A stretch of DNA of 63,961 bases, filler included, from Octopus bimaculoides (Eukaryota): assembly GCF_001194135.2 (NCBI RefSeq). It is 4 parts of 3 records of this genome, joined end to end, with 100 filler letters (N's around TTAATTAATTAA, not from the genome) between each part and the next. Parts side by side here need not be neighbours in the genome. Positions count along the whole stretch, not along the records: positions 23,396 to 46,550 come from NC_068984.1; positions 46,651 to 62,773 come from NC_068982.1; 2 more parts are not named here. The stretch is one strand, 5' to 3'. Position 1 is the first letter of the stretch, and the number at the start of each line of letters is the position of its first letter. Both the position numbers and the translations under genes were made by a program. Below the pieces are notes generated by a model. It was not told the origin of the DNA, ran no database searches, and saw only the letters and a list, made by a program, of their open reading frames with translations. This document shows, piece after piece, positions 37,173 to 52,078 of this stretch.

Positions 37173-37510
37173 ATTTTCACAGTACAGAAGAATACTTGCG
37201 TCCAGATTGCTAACCATTCAGTCTGGTTAGTTGATACATTTGCTACCTGATAACTGATACACGATGTTCATATCTCTAATATAACCAAAGTATTTAGAGA
37301 GTTCGAATTATACGACTTGGTTAAATGCTACATTAGTGACATGTTACGAGATAGTCCTTTCTGCAGGTACTCTGTTTAACTGTAGAATGTTACATCAATG
37401 ACCTGGACGTCGGCAAATAGTGAAACATTTTAATAATATATACTACTGAAGTCGTCGAAAAAGGACGGATAAAATAGTAAATATGACAGTGCGCTTAACA
37501 CTACAACTAT

Positions 37511-37845
37511 ATGTGGTTCCGGGTTCAGTCCCCCTACGTTGCACCTTGAGCAAGTGTCTTCTACTATAGCCTCGGGCTGACCAAAGCCTTGTGAGTGGAT
37601 TTGGTTGGCGGAAACTAAAAGAATCCTGTCGACGTGTGTATGTGTTTGTCTCCCGCTACCGCTTGACAACTGGTGTTAGTATGTTTACGTCCCTGTAATC
37701 AAGAGGTTCGGCAAAAGGGACCGATAGAATAAGTACCAGATTATAAAAATAAAATAACTACTGGGGTCGATTCATTCGGTTAAACAAATTATTCAAGGCG
37801 GTGCTCCAGCATGGCCGCAGTTTAATGACTGAAACAAGTAAAAGA
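37511..37845 (+). mobile_element. SINE family A
   Basis: B-box through tail, collinear with 26395-26805. Confidence 0.85.
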
Positions 37846-38400
37846 TACAAAGTAAATTAAACCAAAAAGCTTTATTGGTAATTTGTAAGATATCTGAAGA
37901 ATATACTGTGGTGTAAAATGATTAAATATTCTTAAACAGACACACGTTTATGCTAAAATTGAAAATTCAAACAATAATTAGGATTATTTTGCATGAAATG
38001 AAGTTAAATGCTTTTGCAGATGGCTTGTCCTACAACTTGGTATGTTAGGTAGAATGCCAGCAACCAAAATACCACCTCAGGTATCTAGTGGCAACACCGA
38101 CCCAGACACACGCACACGCACATACTTGAACCTGGATATATTCGTGTATGCATCTGTAGAAGCATGAGTTTATGAACATGTATGTATTTATATGCTTGCT
38201 GGTGTGCAGGTGCGGTTTCATATGAATGCACATGCATATGTGTACGTATGTGGATCCATATATCTAAATACGTACGTGTATTTACGTACCGGTATATATG
38301 CTTATATATGTGCATCTGTATAAAGGTATCACTGTATGTAATACTACAGTATATAAAGGCCTGCTTAGAGAGTTTCACAAGTTAAATCTGATATGTATAC

Positions 38401-38519
<119 letters not shown>

Positions 38520-38936
38520 GGTTTGACCGCTAGATTATGTGATGGTATTTGGTTGCTGGCCTAGCAGCTAGCATATCGAATTACAGGTCAAGGCATCTGT
38601 AATATTATTTGACTTGATTTCATTCAATATTACTATGATTATTGTTTGAAATAATTCATTTTAATTTGAATGTGGAACTATTTAAGTATATTCAGACATT
38701 TAGCCTCAAATAAAATCTGTAAGATTTAGTTTCACATTAAAGTTATTAAGTTTTATTATACAGTAACTACGTTGGTACAATTTGGTAGGACTTGGAACAA
38801 CAACAGCAATCAGTCAAGCTTAGAACCTCTTCCTGCATCACATATTTTCTCTCTTCTCCAGTCGCTGTTTAACGTTTAACGCTGTACCACTTTCTTATTC
38901 GCTACGCCCAGGAAATATATATACATATATACATAT

Positions 38937-39140
38937 AGGCAAATCGAAAATGAAAATGAAAGTAAAACAACAAAAATCAGTAAGGCGTATAGAGTAAATG
39001 TTTTAAGTTGACGTTCAGTTTAAGATGGGGGAAAAGAGGTGGTGTGCAACGTTTCGAGCAGGGCTCTTCGTCAGAAAGAAGAAGAAAGGTTTGGAGAGAA
39101 GGAAAAAAGTTCAAGAAAAGTGCGTGCGTGGTGACATGTC
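38937..39140 (-). mobile_element. Related (TA)n-flanked repeat carrying a hammerhead core (39048-39080)
   Basis: Minus strand reads TTT-CTGACGA-A-GAGCcctGCTC-GAAAC-GTT: intact core and stem II, but stem I does not pair. Same overall layout as family E. Confidence 0.55.
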
Positions 39141-39153
39141 TCTATATATATAT

Positions 39154-39221
<68 letters not shown>

Positions 39222-39400
39222 AGTTTGTGTGGGTATGTATACATACATACACAAACTCACACACATATATAAAAAGAGAGAGAAAGAGAAAGAGCGAGAG
39301 GGAGAGAAAGAGCGAGAGAGAGAGAGAGAGAGCCATGTGACCATGCACGTACTTTTCTTAGACTTTTTAACTTCTCTCCAAACCTTTCCTCCAGACCATA

Positions 39401-39445
<45 letters not shown>

Positions 39446-39729
39446 GTAAGATTTTTAAAAATGAATTATAAAAATACAGCTGTCGGTCATGTGCTTCCTA
39501 TGTCACAATTTGCTTCATTTGCATTCCTTGTTTAATGCTGTGCTAATGGTATTTGTTGTTTCTTCTCAATTCGCAAAGAACAAAACAGAATTAACTGTGT
39601 ACACTGCAACACAGCTTGGATAACTGAAAAAAAAAGGTTGGATGGTCACGACTCGAATAACTTTCACCTCGAACTAAACAACATCAGCAGTTAAATATCA
39701 GAACGTATATAACGATCAGGATGCCAAAC

Positions 39730-39771
<42 letters not shown>

Positions 39772-41444
39772 AAGAAAGAGCGGAGGGTATGAATGACGCC
39801 GACGATGAAACGGTTCATGATAATGAAGACGATGGCGGCGGTACAGATGGTGCTGAAGAGAAGTAGAACGAGGATGAGGATCGATCGAAGAGGATAGCTA
39901 TAGCTTTCATTGCTAAGAGATAATACAGCCAAATAAATAAATACACACGTACACATACACACCACGTACTGAAACACATATACATACTGAAACACACGCA
40001 TAGCACACATACACACATGTATACACATACACACACACACAAATACTCACATATCCAGGGACAGGCACGCAGACACTCTCATAAGCGATCTCAACCACAC
40101 ATCCATGCGTTTGTACAACGATACACTAAGACAACCACACACACACGCACACACACTTGTGGGCGCACGCCGCACACAAACAACCATACACATACACAAC
40201 CACACAATAACAAACATATGCATTTGCGTACACACATTTTCACACACATAAATGTACCATTGACTCTGTAATAAAGATGGTTTTTCCTCCATCACATCAA
40301 CCAAGATACCTCATACAACATGCACGTTTCCCTTCTGCCTCCATCTATCCAGCCGTCTAATGATGATGGTGGTGNNNNNNNNNNNNNNNNNNNNNNNNNN
40401 NNNNNNNNNNNNNNNNNNNNNNNNNNNNNNNNNNNNNNNNNNNNNNNNNNNNNNNNNNNNNNNNNNNNNNNNNNNNNNNNNNNNNNNNNNNNNNNNNNNN
40501 NNNNNNNNNNNNNNNNNNNNNNNNNNNNNNNNNNNNNNNNNNNNNNNNNNNNNNNNNNNNNNNNNNNNNNNNNNNNNNNNNNNNNNNNNNNNNNNNNNNN
40601 NNNNNNNNNNNNNNNNNNNNNNNNNNNTGGATGGTGGTGGTGGTGGTGGTGAAGAAGAAGACGACGATATTGTTTTGTTCAGAATAATTTTGAAAGAAAG
40701 GATAGTAATGATATTGTTAATGTTGCTCTATGCATACTGATGATGCTTTTTGTTGTTGTTCCCGTTGTTGTTGATGTTGATGTTACTGTTGATGTTGACA
40801 TTGATGCTATATCTGCTGCTACTGCTGCTGCTGCTGCTGCTGCTGCGGTTGTTGTTGTTGTTGTTGTTGTTGTACTTGTTGAAATTGTTGTTGTTGTTTA
40901 TTGATGTTTTTGTTGTTGTTCCTGTTGATGTTGTTTCTGCTGCTGCTGCTACTGCTACTGCTGCTGCTGCTGTTGCTACTACTGTTGTTCTTGTTGTTGT
41001 TGTTGGTGGTGGTGGTGGAGTGTTATGTTAATGATGTTGAATAGCCCTGGAGATCTTTGCTTCAGTTGGCGTACGGCAAGAAGATAGCTGAGTGAAAATA
41101 AAATAAAATAAATAAATAGATAAATAAATAAATAAATAAAATGAATTTCGAAAAAGAAAGCAGATATTGCTTGACGAGTGTTCTATCTGTAAGCTGTGCT
41201 GTGCCTTCCTTAATATGGAACATATCTGTCTTGAGATTTAAGACATAAAACATGCGATTTCGATCCCTAAAGACCATAGAGAGATTGTTGGGGGAACAAT
41301 CGGCGGCCATATTGGACTGATAGAAAGACATGGTCCATTCTGCCGTATATTTATTGTATTGCATTATATATATATATATGTGTGTGTTTGTGTGAGTGTG
41401 TGTGTGTGTGTGTGTGTGTATAGACACACACACACTTATATATG

Positions 41445-41529
<85 letters not shown>

Positions 41530-41904
41530 TCATACATCTATACAGATATACATACACACACACGCACACATATATATACTGTGTAATGTATATTATATTG
41601 TATATTGTATTGTATGTATAATATTTTGTAAAGCGTATATAATACATAACTTGTGTATTATATATCGTATATTTATTGTATTATATGTGTGTGTGTGTGC
41701 GTGTGCGTGTGTGTGTATGTATGTGTATAATGTTTTATACTATATTGCACGCTTTATACATTGCATATTTATTGTGCGTGTATGTTCATATCTTCATGAA
41801 TATAACCATATATAAGTATATATATATGTATATATATATGTGTGTGTGTGTGCGTGTGTGCGTGTGTGTGTGTGTGTGTGTATGTATGTATACATGTATG
41901 TATA

Positions 41905-41952
<48 letters not shown>

Positions 41953-42596
41953 GGGAGAGTGAGGGAGAGGGAGACAGGTGCATACGTCTCCACTGCTTCA
42001 TTCCCTAACAACTGAATCCGATGACTATTGACGCCACAAGGGTAACAGTACTGTCTAAGGTATCGATATCGTAAAAATCCCCAGAGAAAAGGCTGACGAG
42101 GGGTAGCTTTTCGCTTGTTTTGTCCGTTATGCATTCTCATAGTTTGTATCTTAACTCCATTTATGATATTGATACGTATAGACTCATTTTCTTGCATATC
42201 ATGATTACATATGTGTGACTGTATGTATATACATGAGCGTGTGTGTATGTGTTTGCGCGTGTGGATGTGTGGGTTGTGTTTGTGCGTGCGTGTGTGTGTG
42301 TGTGTGTGTGTTTAAGCGTGTGTATGCGTTTGAGTGTGACTGTTTATGTGAGCGTGTGCATGTGTTTACAACTGTAGTTAAGAACGGAAGAAATCGTATC
42401 TAAAATAAGCTACTCATTACATTAAATAGAGAATATGCTGATATATTTAATGATAAATGACTCTTCTGTTGCATTTCTGGAGTATTTATCAGAGTATATA
42501 TATATAGTACTGGGGTCGATAGTATCGGTTAATCTCCTCCCCACAAAGTTCTTGGTCAAAATTTTATTAATACTATTATTATTATCATCATCATCA

Positions 42597-42655
<59 letters not shown>

Positions 42656-42656
42656 G

Positions 42657-42815
42657 GATTAGCGAATCGTTAGAGCATCGGACAAACTGACTTATGTGAT
42701 GTTTTTATATGACTATTTATGTTCTGGATTCAAATCCCGCCGAGGGTCAATAAAATAAAGTACAAGTATAGTACTGAGGTCGATGGTTCCCTCAAAGCTG
42801 TAAACCTTGTGCCAT

Positions 42816-42865
<50 letters not shown>

Positions 42866-43135
42866 ATATGGGTGGATGTGGAAAAGAAGATCAACAAAAA
42901 CAACACCAAATATTATTGCTGCTTCTAAGGCTGCGAGCTGGCAGAATCGTTAGCATGCCGGCCAAAAAGTTTCGTCCGTCTCAGCATTCAGAGTTCAAAT
43001 TCCACCGAGGTGGACTTTGCCTTCCATCATTTTCGGGCTCGGTAAAATAAGTACCAGTTGAGTACTGGGATCCATGTAATCGACTTACCTCCTCCCCAGA
43101 AATTACTGGCCTTATGCCAAAATTTAAAATCTATA
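42657..43135 (+). mobile_element. Two SINE family C copies (42657-42815 deleted; 42929-43135)
   Basis: Head, B-box and tail matches. Confidence 0.75.
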
Positions 43136-43595
43136 TTATTACTGCTACTGCTACCCTTGCTACTGTTAAAACTAAAGCAACCGCTGCTATAATATCACAA
43201 GCCGAAGCGAGTACCTCTACAGTGTCAACCTGCAAGGAATAGCAGCCAGCTCTCCCTCAAATTACACTCCGACTTGCAAAAGGTAAAAGGCATATATGAG
43301 GTTATGTAATAATCGCTGTCTCAACCTTCGAAATAATAATAACGGGATGGTCATGGCTAGAATGTCTTTGTATCACATATCTGCTTGATTAGCGTTGACC
43401 TGGGGGCTAATCAAAGAACATAGAACAGCAATAGCAACAATATTATCATTAATGTTCACGTTAAACAGCACCAACATCATCAACATCAGTGTCATCATCT
43501 TCAGCAATCACAAAAATAACAATACCGCCAACAACTTCAACAACAACGACAACAGCAAACAGCATCAAGAACAACATCAACGTCAACAATGTTGC

Positions 43596-43976
43596 TGGCA
43601 CTCCGTCGGTTGCGACGACGAGGGTTCCAGTCGATCCGATCAACGGAACAGCCTGCTCGCGAAATTAACGTGCAAGTGGCTGAGCACTCCACAGACACGT
43701 GTACCCTTAACGTAGTTCTCGTTGATATTCAGCGTGACACAGAGTGTGACAAGGCTGACCCTTTGAATTATAGGCACAACCGAAACAGGAAGTAAGAGTA
43801 AGAGAAAGTTGTGGTGGAAGAGTACAGCAGGGTTCGCCACCATCCCCTGCCGGAGCCTCGTGGAGCTTTAGGTGTTTTCGCTCAATAAACACTCACAACG
43901 CCCGGTCTGGGAATCGAAACCGCAATCCTATGACCGCGAGTCCGCTGCCCTAACCACTGGGCCATTGTGCCTCCAC
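43596..43976 (-). mobile_element. tRNA-derived SINE family D, full length
   Basis: Minus strand GTGGAGGCACAATGGCCCAGTGGTTAGGGCAGCGGACTCG...GTTTCGATTCCC head; body TACGTTAAGGGTACACGTGTCTGTGGAGTGCTCAGCC shared with other copies. Confidence 0.9.
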
Positions 43977-44019
43977 TTACGTCAACAATACGAACAATAA
44001 TACCAACATTTGTGAAGGT

Positions 44020-44652
44020 GAGTGTGTTCGGCTCACGATTATAAGGTCGTGTATTCGATTCCCGGCAGCGCGTTGTCTTTGAACAAGCCACTTTATTTCA
44101 TGTTGCTCCAGTTTACTCACCTATCAAAAATTGGTTGTACCTGTATTTTCGAAGGGCCAGTCTTGTCACATCCTGTGTCACGACCAATCTCCTTGGGAAC
44201 AATGTTAAGGGTACACGTGTCTGTGGAGTGCTCAACCACATGGACGTTAATTTCACGAGCAGGCTGTTCCGTTGATCGGTTCAATTGGAACACTCGTCGT
44301 CGTAATCGACGGAGTGCCAGTTAATACTAACATAAGAAGTAAACAGTAACATCACGCCATCGGTTACAACGATGAGGGTTCCAGATGATCTGATCAACCG
44401 AATGGCCTGCTTGTGAAATTAACTCGCAGGTGGCTGAGCATTCCACAGACACGTGTACCCTTAACATTGCTCTTTAGGATATTCAGCGTGATACAAGGCT
44501 GGCCCTTTGTATTACAGGTACAACTCACTTTTGTCAGTTAAGCTGACTGAAGTAACGTGAAATAAAGTGTCTTGCTCAAGGACACAACGCGTCGCTGGGA
44601 ATTGAACTCACGACCTTACGCTAGTAAGCTGAATACTCTAACCACTAAGTTA
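44020..44652. mobile_element. Two tail-to-tail SINE family D variants (44020-44322 on +; 44350-44652 on -)
   Basis: Shared 3' body with alternative tRNA-like heads. Confidence 0.75.
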
Positions 44653-45269
44653 TGTGCCTTCATATAGTAATATCAACACAATCATTAGCAACATTAACAA
44701 GAAGATCGATAACGATAATATCAGCAACAACAACAACATCGACAGCATTAATGAAAACAAGAACGATAGCAACATCAATTGTATGAACAACAATACCACC
44801 ATCAACAACAATAAAAAAAATAGCAATTGCAAGGCCAGCTTTAACAACAACATCAACACAACCATCAACATCAATAACGTTAGCAACGAGATCCTCGACA
44901 ATAACATCAATAGCAACATCGACAAGATCATCGACAACAACGCTGGGAACAAAGTCAACAAAAAAAAAAGGGCCAACCAACATCAACATCAAAAACATTA
45001 CCAGCATCGGCAACAACAACAACAACAACAACAACAAACAACAATATGAACCATAACAAACCACGTCAACAGCATCAACATCATTGACATCAGCATCATC
45101 ATCAACAACAGCAACAATAACAATCAAAATGCTGTCCCTCTACAAAGTCAACGATTCTATCGACATTACATCTGAACTTTAAACATTTTCTCATTCTGTC
45201 AGCTTGATTTGATTTTATTGTTATTTCGGCTGAATAATCTTCCATCTTTTAACTTATTTTTCATTGTTA

Positions 45270-45312
<43 letters not shown>

Positions 45313-45549
45313 CGTTATTATTATTATCATTATTATTGTTGTTATTATTATTATTATTAATATTATTATTAATATTATTATTATCATCATCATCATCATT
45401 ACTATTATCATCATTATTATTATTATTATTATTATTATTAATATTATTATTATTGTTATTATTATTATCATTATTATTATTATTATTATTATTGTTATTA
45501 TTATTTTTATTATTAATATTATTATTATCATCATCATCATCATCATTAC

Positions 45550-45600
<51 letters not shown>

Positions 45601-46550
45601 TATTATTATTAACAATGTTATTTTTTGTTATTTTTTTTCACGTTGCTGTTGTTTTCCTTTTGTCCTTGTTGATTTTTCTTCATGTTCTTGTGATGATTGT
45701 AATTCTTGAAATTGTTGTTCTTCTTATTGTCGTTGTCATAGATTTTATTTTTATCCTCAATATTATTCTTATTGCCGTTTCTGTTCTTGTTCCTGTTATG
45801 GTTATGGTTACCGTTGTTGTTGTTGTTGTTGTTGTTGTTGTTATTGATGTTGTTGTTGTTGCTGTGGTGGTGGTGATGGTGGTGGTTTTTGGTTATTGGC
45901 TATGATTTTCAGTAATCAGTGTAATTTCTATTTAGACTCTGTGTACCTTACCAAGACATCCCTATGTAGGTGCACTTGCAGCTCACCACCTTAACATCGC
46001 AACATCACATCCACCGCGCGCGCGCGCACACACACACACACACACCTCCGTTACACGCCACCACATCACCAAATACCTCACACTACCACCACCACAGAAC
46101 CACAACACCACCACACTCCCGCGACACCAACCCATCACAAAACCAAATACTAACTACTACATGTCCATATCACCATCATGTAACCACAATACTGTGACAC
46201 ACCCATCGATCCAGCTCCCAGCTTCACGCTACGCTACCACCAAACCACCATGCTTGCAACACACTGCCTACCATACCTTCACCCCACCGCCACATTTCCA
46301 CTAGATTCCCATACCTCCACCATACTGCTAGGCTTCCACTACACCACCACACCTTCACCATACCTCCACCACTCACGCGTACCTCCATTATTGTACCGCC
46401 AACACAACGTCATTCTTCCACCATATTTCCACCACACTACCCGCCATATCTACACTACACCACCCGCTATGCTTTCTCCAAATTACCCGGCATACCTCCA
46501 CCACAACCCCCCTACGCCAGCACACTCACATACCTCCACTACACCGCTAT
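44650..46550. repeat. Compound low-complexity block: degenerate (AAC)n, (ATT)n, (GTT)n, (ACC)n
   Basis: Directly visible. Confidence 0.9.
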
Positions 46551-46650
46551 NNNNNNNNNNNNNNNNNNNNNNNNNNNNNNNNNNNNNNNNNNNNTTAATT
46601 AATTAANNNNNNNNNNNNNNNNNNNNNNNNNNNNNNNNNNNNNNNNNNNN
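46551..46650. other. Artificial scaffold join
   Basis: Same 44N-TTAATTAATTAA-44N construct. Confidence 0.95.
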
Positions 46651-47577
<927 letters not shown>

Positions 47578-47820
47578 GTAACGGAAAATACACATACATC
47601 TCACTGAAAATATGTAGTTTAATATATCATACTTTCAATGAGATTAGTGATTCAGTTGGATGTTTTTTACTTCCATTCTCTAGCAAGTTGGTGCTTCGTG
47701 TACTCTCTAATATAATTAAGAATTCATTGTATAACTGTTTAATGCTAATATCGCTTGATGCCACTTATGTTACTGTTGTTGTTGTTGTTGTTGTTGTTAT
47801 CAATTATTTGGATTTGCCGC

Positions 47821-47856
<36 letters not shown>

Positions 47857-47885
47857 GCAGCAGCACTGAGGGCTTATTATTATTA

Positions 47886-48785
47886 CCTTCAGTGCTGATA
47901 TCAGAATGGAGTTCGGACTGAGAAAGTGTGGTGTGTTAGTATTGAAAAGAGGCAAAAATCAAATTTAGTGACGGACTAACGATACTGTCGGGAGAGGTTA
48001 TGAAGCAGATAGAAGAGACGGGGATTTTGGAAATGGATAAATTAATGAAAAAAGAATTGACAGAAAAATTGAAGGTGGAGTACTTGCGCAGACTGAGACT
48101 GATCCTCAAGTCGAAATGAAACGGAAGGAATAAGATCGAAGCTATCAACACCTGGGCAGTTTCACTCCTTAGATATGGAACAGATGTAATCATATGGACA
48201 GTAGACCGACTAAACAATTTAGACAGAAAGACAAGGAAGTTGCTAACTAGGTATGGGTCACTCCACCCAAAAAGTGACACAGACAAACTGTATGTACCAA
48301 GAAAAAGAGGGAGAGAGGACTTATTGGATGCGAACACAGCATTAGAGCAGAAGAAAACAACATAGCATGGTATGTAAAAAATGCCACAGAACCGCTATTA
48401 TTAGAAGTAGGAAGGTCAGGCCTGTGTACGGTGAAAGATTGCAAAGATAAAGCACTATACAAGAAATTGAAAACTAATGAAACTGAAAATATACAAGCAA
48501 AGAAAAAAATGCATGGACAATTTCATACGAACATTGAAGATATGACAGAGAAAAATATAGCTGTGGATGACTAAAAGCGACTTAAAACCGGAAACGGAGG
48601 TCCTAATCTGTGCTGCCCAAGAGCAGGCACTAAGAACAAAGTACATAAAATACGGAATAGACAACACATCAGAAAGTGCTAAGTGCAGAATCTGTGGACA
48701 AAACGGTGAAACCGTATTGCATATTACCAGCCAATGTACGCTACTACCCCAGAAGGAATATAAGAGAAGAAAATCAAACAATACC
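47886..48785 (+). mobile_element. R4/Dong-like non-LTR retrotransposon fragment (RT C-terminus, thumb, CCHC knuckle), disrupted
   Basis: FSADIRMEFGLRKCGVLVLKRGK...EYLRRLRLILKSK*NGRNKIEAINTWAVSLLRYG...LDRKTRKLLT...LHPKSD...WMTKSDLKPETEVLICAAQEQALRTKY...KCRICGQNGETVLHITSQC, with frameshifts and stops. Confidence 0.9.
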
Positions 48786-49073
48786 AACTAAGCGATTCTC
48801 ACATAGTATGAGCCCACAAACATTTCCAATTTACAAGAATGAAAAACAGAATAATAAGACTAGGATATAAGAAATTAACAATTGAGCATAATGTTATGTG
48901 CATTCGTCAGCAGCCCAAACGGGTACCATTATGGTTTCGAGACCTTATGCGTACCATTCAATATGGCGATTTCTACGGCGTTAAGAACATAAACGCTTCC
49001 CGGGGAGTCATCAACCTATTACTACGTGTAAATAAGTAAATATATAAAGATAGAAATATAGATAGATAGATAA

Positions 49074-49112
<39 letters not shown>

Positions 49113-49960
49113 CGATCACCAATATTTGATCCTACCTTGTTTTTCTGTCATATTTATAAGTTCTAAAATTGCAGAAGAATTCGTTGCTGAGCAGTTTAGT
49201 TTAATGGTAAAACACTTGACGCGCAATCATAGAGATGTCAGTTCGAGTTTCATGTAACGTATTTTTCTGCAATGTATGGATAATTTATGCTGATCACGCT
49301 ATCTATAGCATTATCACGCGTTTGAGAAATAAATTTGTTTCTGTATATTACAATGCATCTCAACACTTCTAAAAGAAAAAAAATTTGTTTACTTTCATCG
49401 TAAAGTTGAATATATATATATGTATATATACATATATATATGTATATGTATATATAAATGTGTGTGTGTGTTAACCGTTATGTGTCGTGTAACTTTGAAA
49501 GCACGTTTTTGCCACCGTGGGTGCTATCAGGAAATATGACATACATACAATAGTGTTGTTTTGTAATTTAACATTTTCTCAAATATATTGGCGCTGATGT
49601 GAAATAATGAAATCAAAATTTATTTAAAATGTACAGTATTTATTACTTTACCGAAAACAATTTTGTAATTTCTGTACTTCTCATAGATATTTTGTCTCTC
49701 TCACTTCTCCCCCTCCTGGCTTTCATTCTGCGTATCTGTCATTTTTTCTCTTTCGATGTTTGTGCGTAGAATTCCTTTAATTATCTCCTGCCAACAAGCC
49801 TACTATGTGTATTCATCCTTCACCTCTTATGTTTACTCTCTCTCTGTCTCTCTCTCTCTCTCTCTTTGTAGGATGTAAAGCGGATCATGAATAAATCAAA
49901 TAACGAACCAACATCTATATTAGATATTATTATTTATTATTATCATCATCATTTTATGCT

Positions 49961-49997
<37 letters not shown>

Positions 49998-50035
49998 ATA
50001 CATATATATATATACATATATACACACATATACAT

Positions 50036-50068
<33 letters not shown>

Positions 50069-51157
50069 TGCATNNNNNNNNNNNNNNNNNNNNNNNNNNN
50101 NNNNNNNNNNNNNNNNNNNNNNNNNNNNNNNNNNNNNNNNNNNNNNNNNNNNNNNNNNNNNNNNNNNNNNNNNNNNNNNNNNNNNNNNNNNNNNNNNNNN
50201 NNNNNNNNNNNNNNNNNNNNNNNNNNNNNNNNNNNNNNNNNNNNNNNNNNNNNNNNNNNNNNNNNNNNNNNNNNNNNNNNNNNNNNNNNNNNNNNNNNNN
50301 NNNNNNNNNNNNNNNNNNNNNNNNNNNNNNNNNNNNNNNNNNNNNNNNNNNNNNNNNNNNNNNNNNNNNNNNNNNNNNNNNNNNNNNNNNNNNNNNNNNN
50401 NNNNNNNNNNNNNNNNNNNNNNNNNNNNNNNNNNNNNNNNNNNNNNNNNNNNNNNNNNNNNNNNNNNNNNNNNNNNNNNNNNNNNNNNNNNNNNNNNNNN
50501 NNNNNNNNNNNNNNNNNNNNNNNNNNNNNNNNNNNNNNNNNNNNNNNNNNNNNNNNNNNNNNNNNNNNNNNNNNNNNNNNNNNNNNNNNNNNNNNNNNNN
50601 NNNNNNNNNNNNNNNNNNNNNNNNNNNNNNNNNNNNNNNNNNNNNNNNNNNNNNNNNNNNNNNNNNNNNNNNNNNNNNNNNNNNNNNNNNNNNNNNNNNN
50701 NNNNNNNNNNNNNNNNNNNNNNNNNNNNNNNNNNNNNNNNNNNNNNNNNNNNNNNNNNNNNNNNNNNNNNNNNNNNNNNNNNNNNNNNNNNNNNNNNNNN
50801 NNNNNNNNNNNNNNNNNNNNNNNNNNNNNNNNNNNNNNNNNNNNNNNNNNNNNNNNNNNNNNNNNTATATATATATGTATATGTATGTATATATATATAT
50901 ACATACCTACAAAAAATACATACGCACCTGTATGCACACATGCAGAGGATCAATTTATATCCTGCAACGTATATTAATAACATGACTGCTGTCTAATTTT
51001 AAAACCACTGATTGAGTATATTTCGTTCCAAAAGTTGGTGTTTTATCGTCGATATATTTGTATTCCATATAGCTATGCTGACTTTCATAAAAGCTTAACT
51101 TTTACACGTATAGGGGAGTGTAAAATTGCACGAAATTGTATGTATACTTATAAGCAC

Positions 51158-51194
<37 letters not shown>

Positions 51195-52021
51195 AGTGTT
51201 AGTGCATCATGGAATAAATTGGCCAATATTTTATGTGAATATTTCACTTTTGATCATTTGGCAACCACTTTTATATTAGTTTATATGCAGAAATATATCT
51301 CTAGTGAGAGGGTACAGATATCAGGTGCACAAATATTATGTCTCACATCAAAACAACAACAGATGAATGAAACACCCGTAATAAAATAGATAAAACTTAA
51401 TCTCAGATGCGTTTTTAATAATACAAGTTTAAGAGATAATCTGTTGTGAATATACGCCAATATAAAATTCGTTGTTTATTATTTTGTGCTTAATATATAT
51501 TTATAAGAAGTGCAGTAAGGGTAAACGTTGAAATTACTGCTTCCCTCTCCTTCTAAATGTTTAATAAGGATGTACTGTTCTATAAATCATTGAATAAATT
51601 TCTCCACTTTAATGTAATTTTTTAAATGTAACATGACGAGAGAACAAACACCATTACNNNNNNNNNNNNNNNNNNNNNNNNNNNNNNNNNNNNNNNNNNN
51701 NNNNNNNNNNNNNNNNNNNNNNNNNNNNNNNNNNNNNNNNNNNNNNNNNNNNNNNNNNNNNNNNNNNNNNNNNNNNNNNNNNNNNNNNNNNNNNNNNNNN
51801 NNNNNNNNNNNNNNNNNNNNNNNNNNNNNNNNNNNNNNNNNNNNNNNNNNNNNNNNNNNNNNNNNNNNNTATATATACATGTATGTGTGCACATGAATGG
51901 ATGCATCCAATAGTAATATAGGCGCTGCGAAAAGTATATAATTAGGGTTTTACTAGCAATAGATCTCGGGGCGAAGTTAGCTATAAATATTAGCGTATAA
52001 TATATTGAATTAAAAAACTCT

Positions 52022-52078
52022 TAGGCGGAAGTGTAGGTGGAAGTGTAGGCGGAAGTGTAGGCGGACGTGTAGATGGAA
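52022..52078. repeat. 12-bp tandem repeat TAGGCGGAAGTG, ~4.5 units
   Basis: Directly visible. Confidence 0.9.

Noticed and set aside
41062-41350. Minus-strand open frame (AEWTMSFY...KQYLLSF)
   Set aside because: No recognisable domain or convincing splice sites; the frame is extended by a microsatellite.
43900-43976. tRNA-like sequence (also at 14920-14994 and other SINE heads)
   Set aside because: It continues into a multi-copy SINE body and lacks a complete acceptor stem and terminator, so it is not a tRNA gene.
48895-49030. CTGACGA, TTGATGA and GAAAC fragments on the minus strand
   Set aside because: The pieces are not in correct order and spacing with paired stems.
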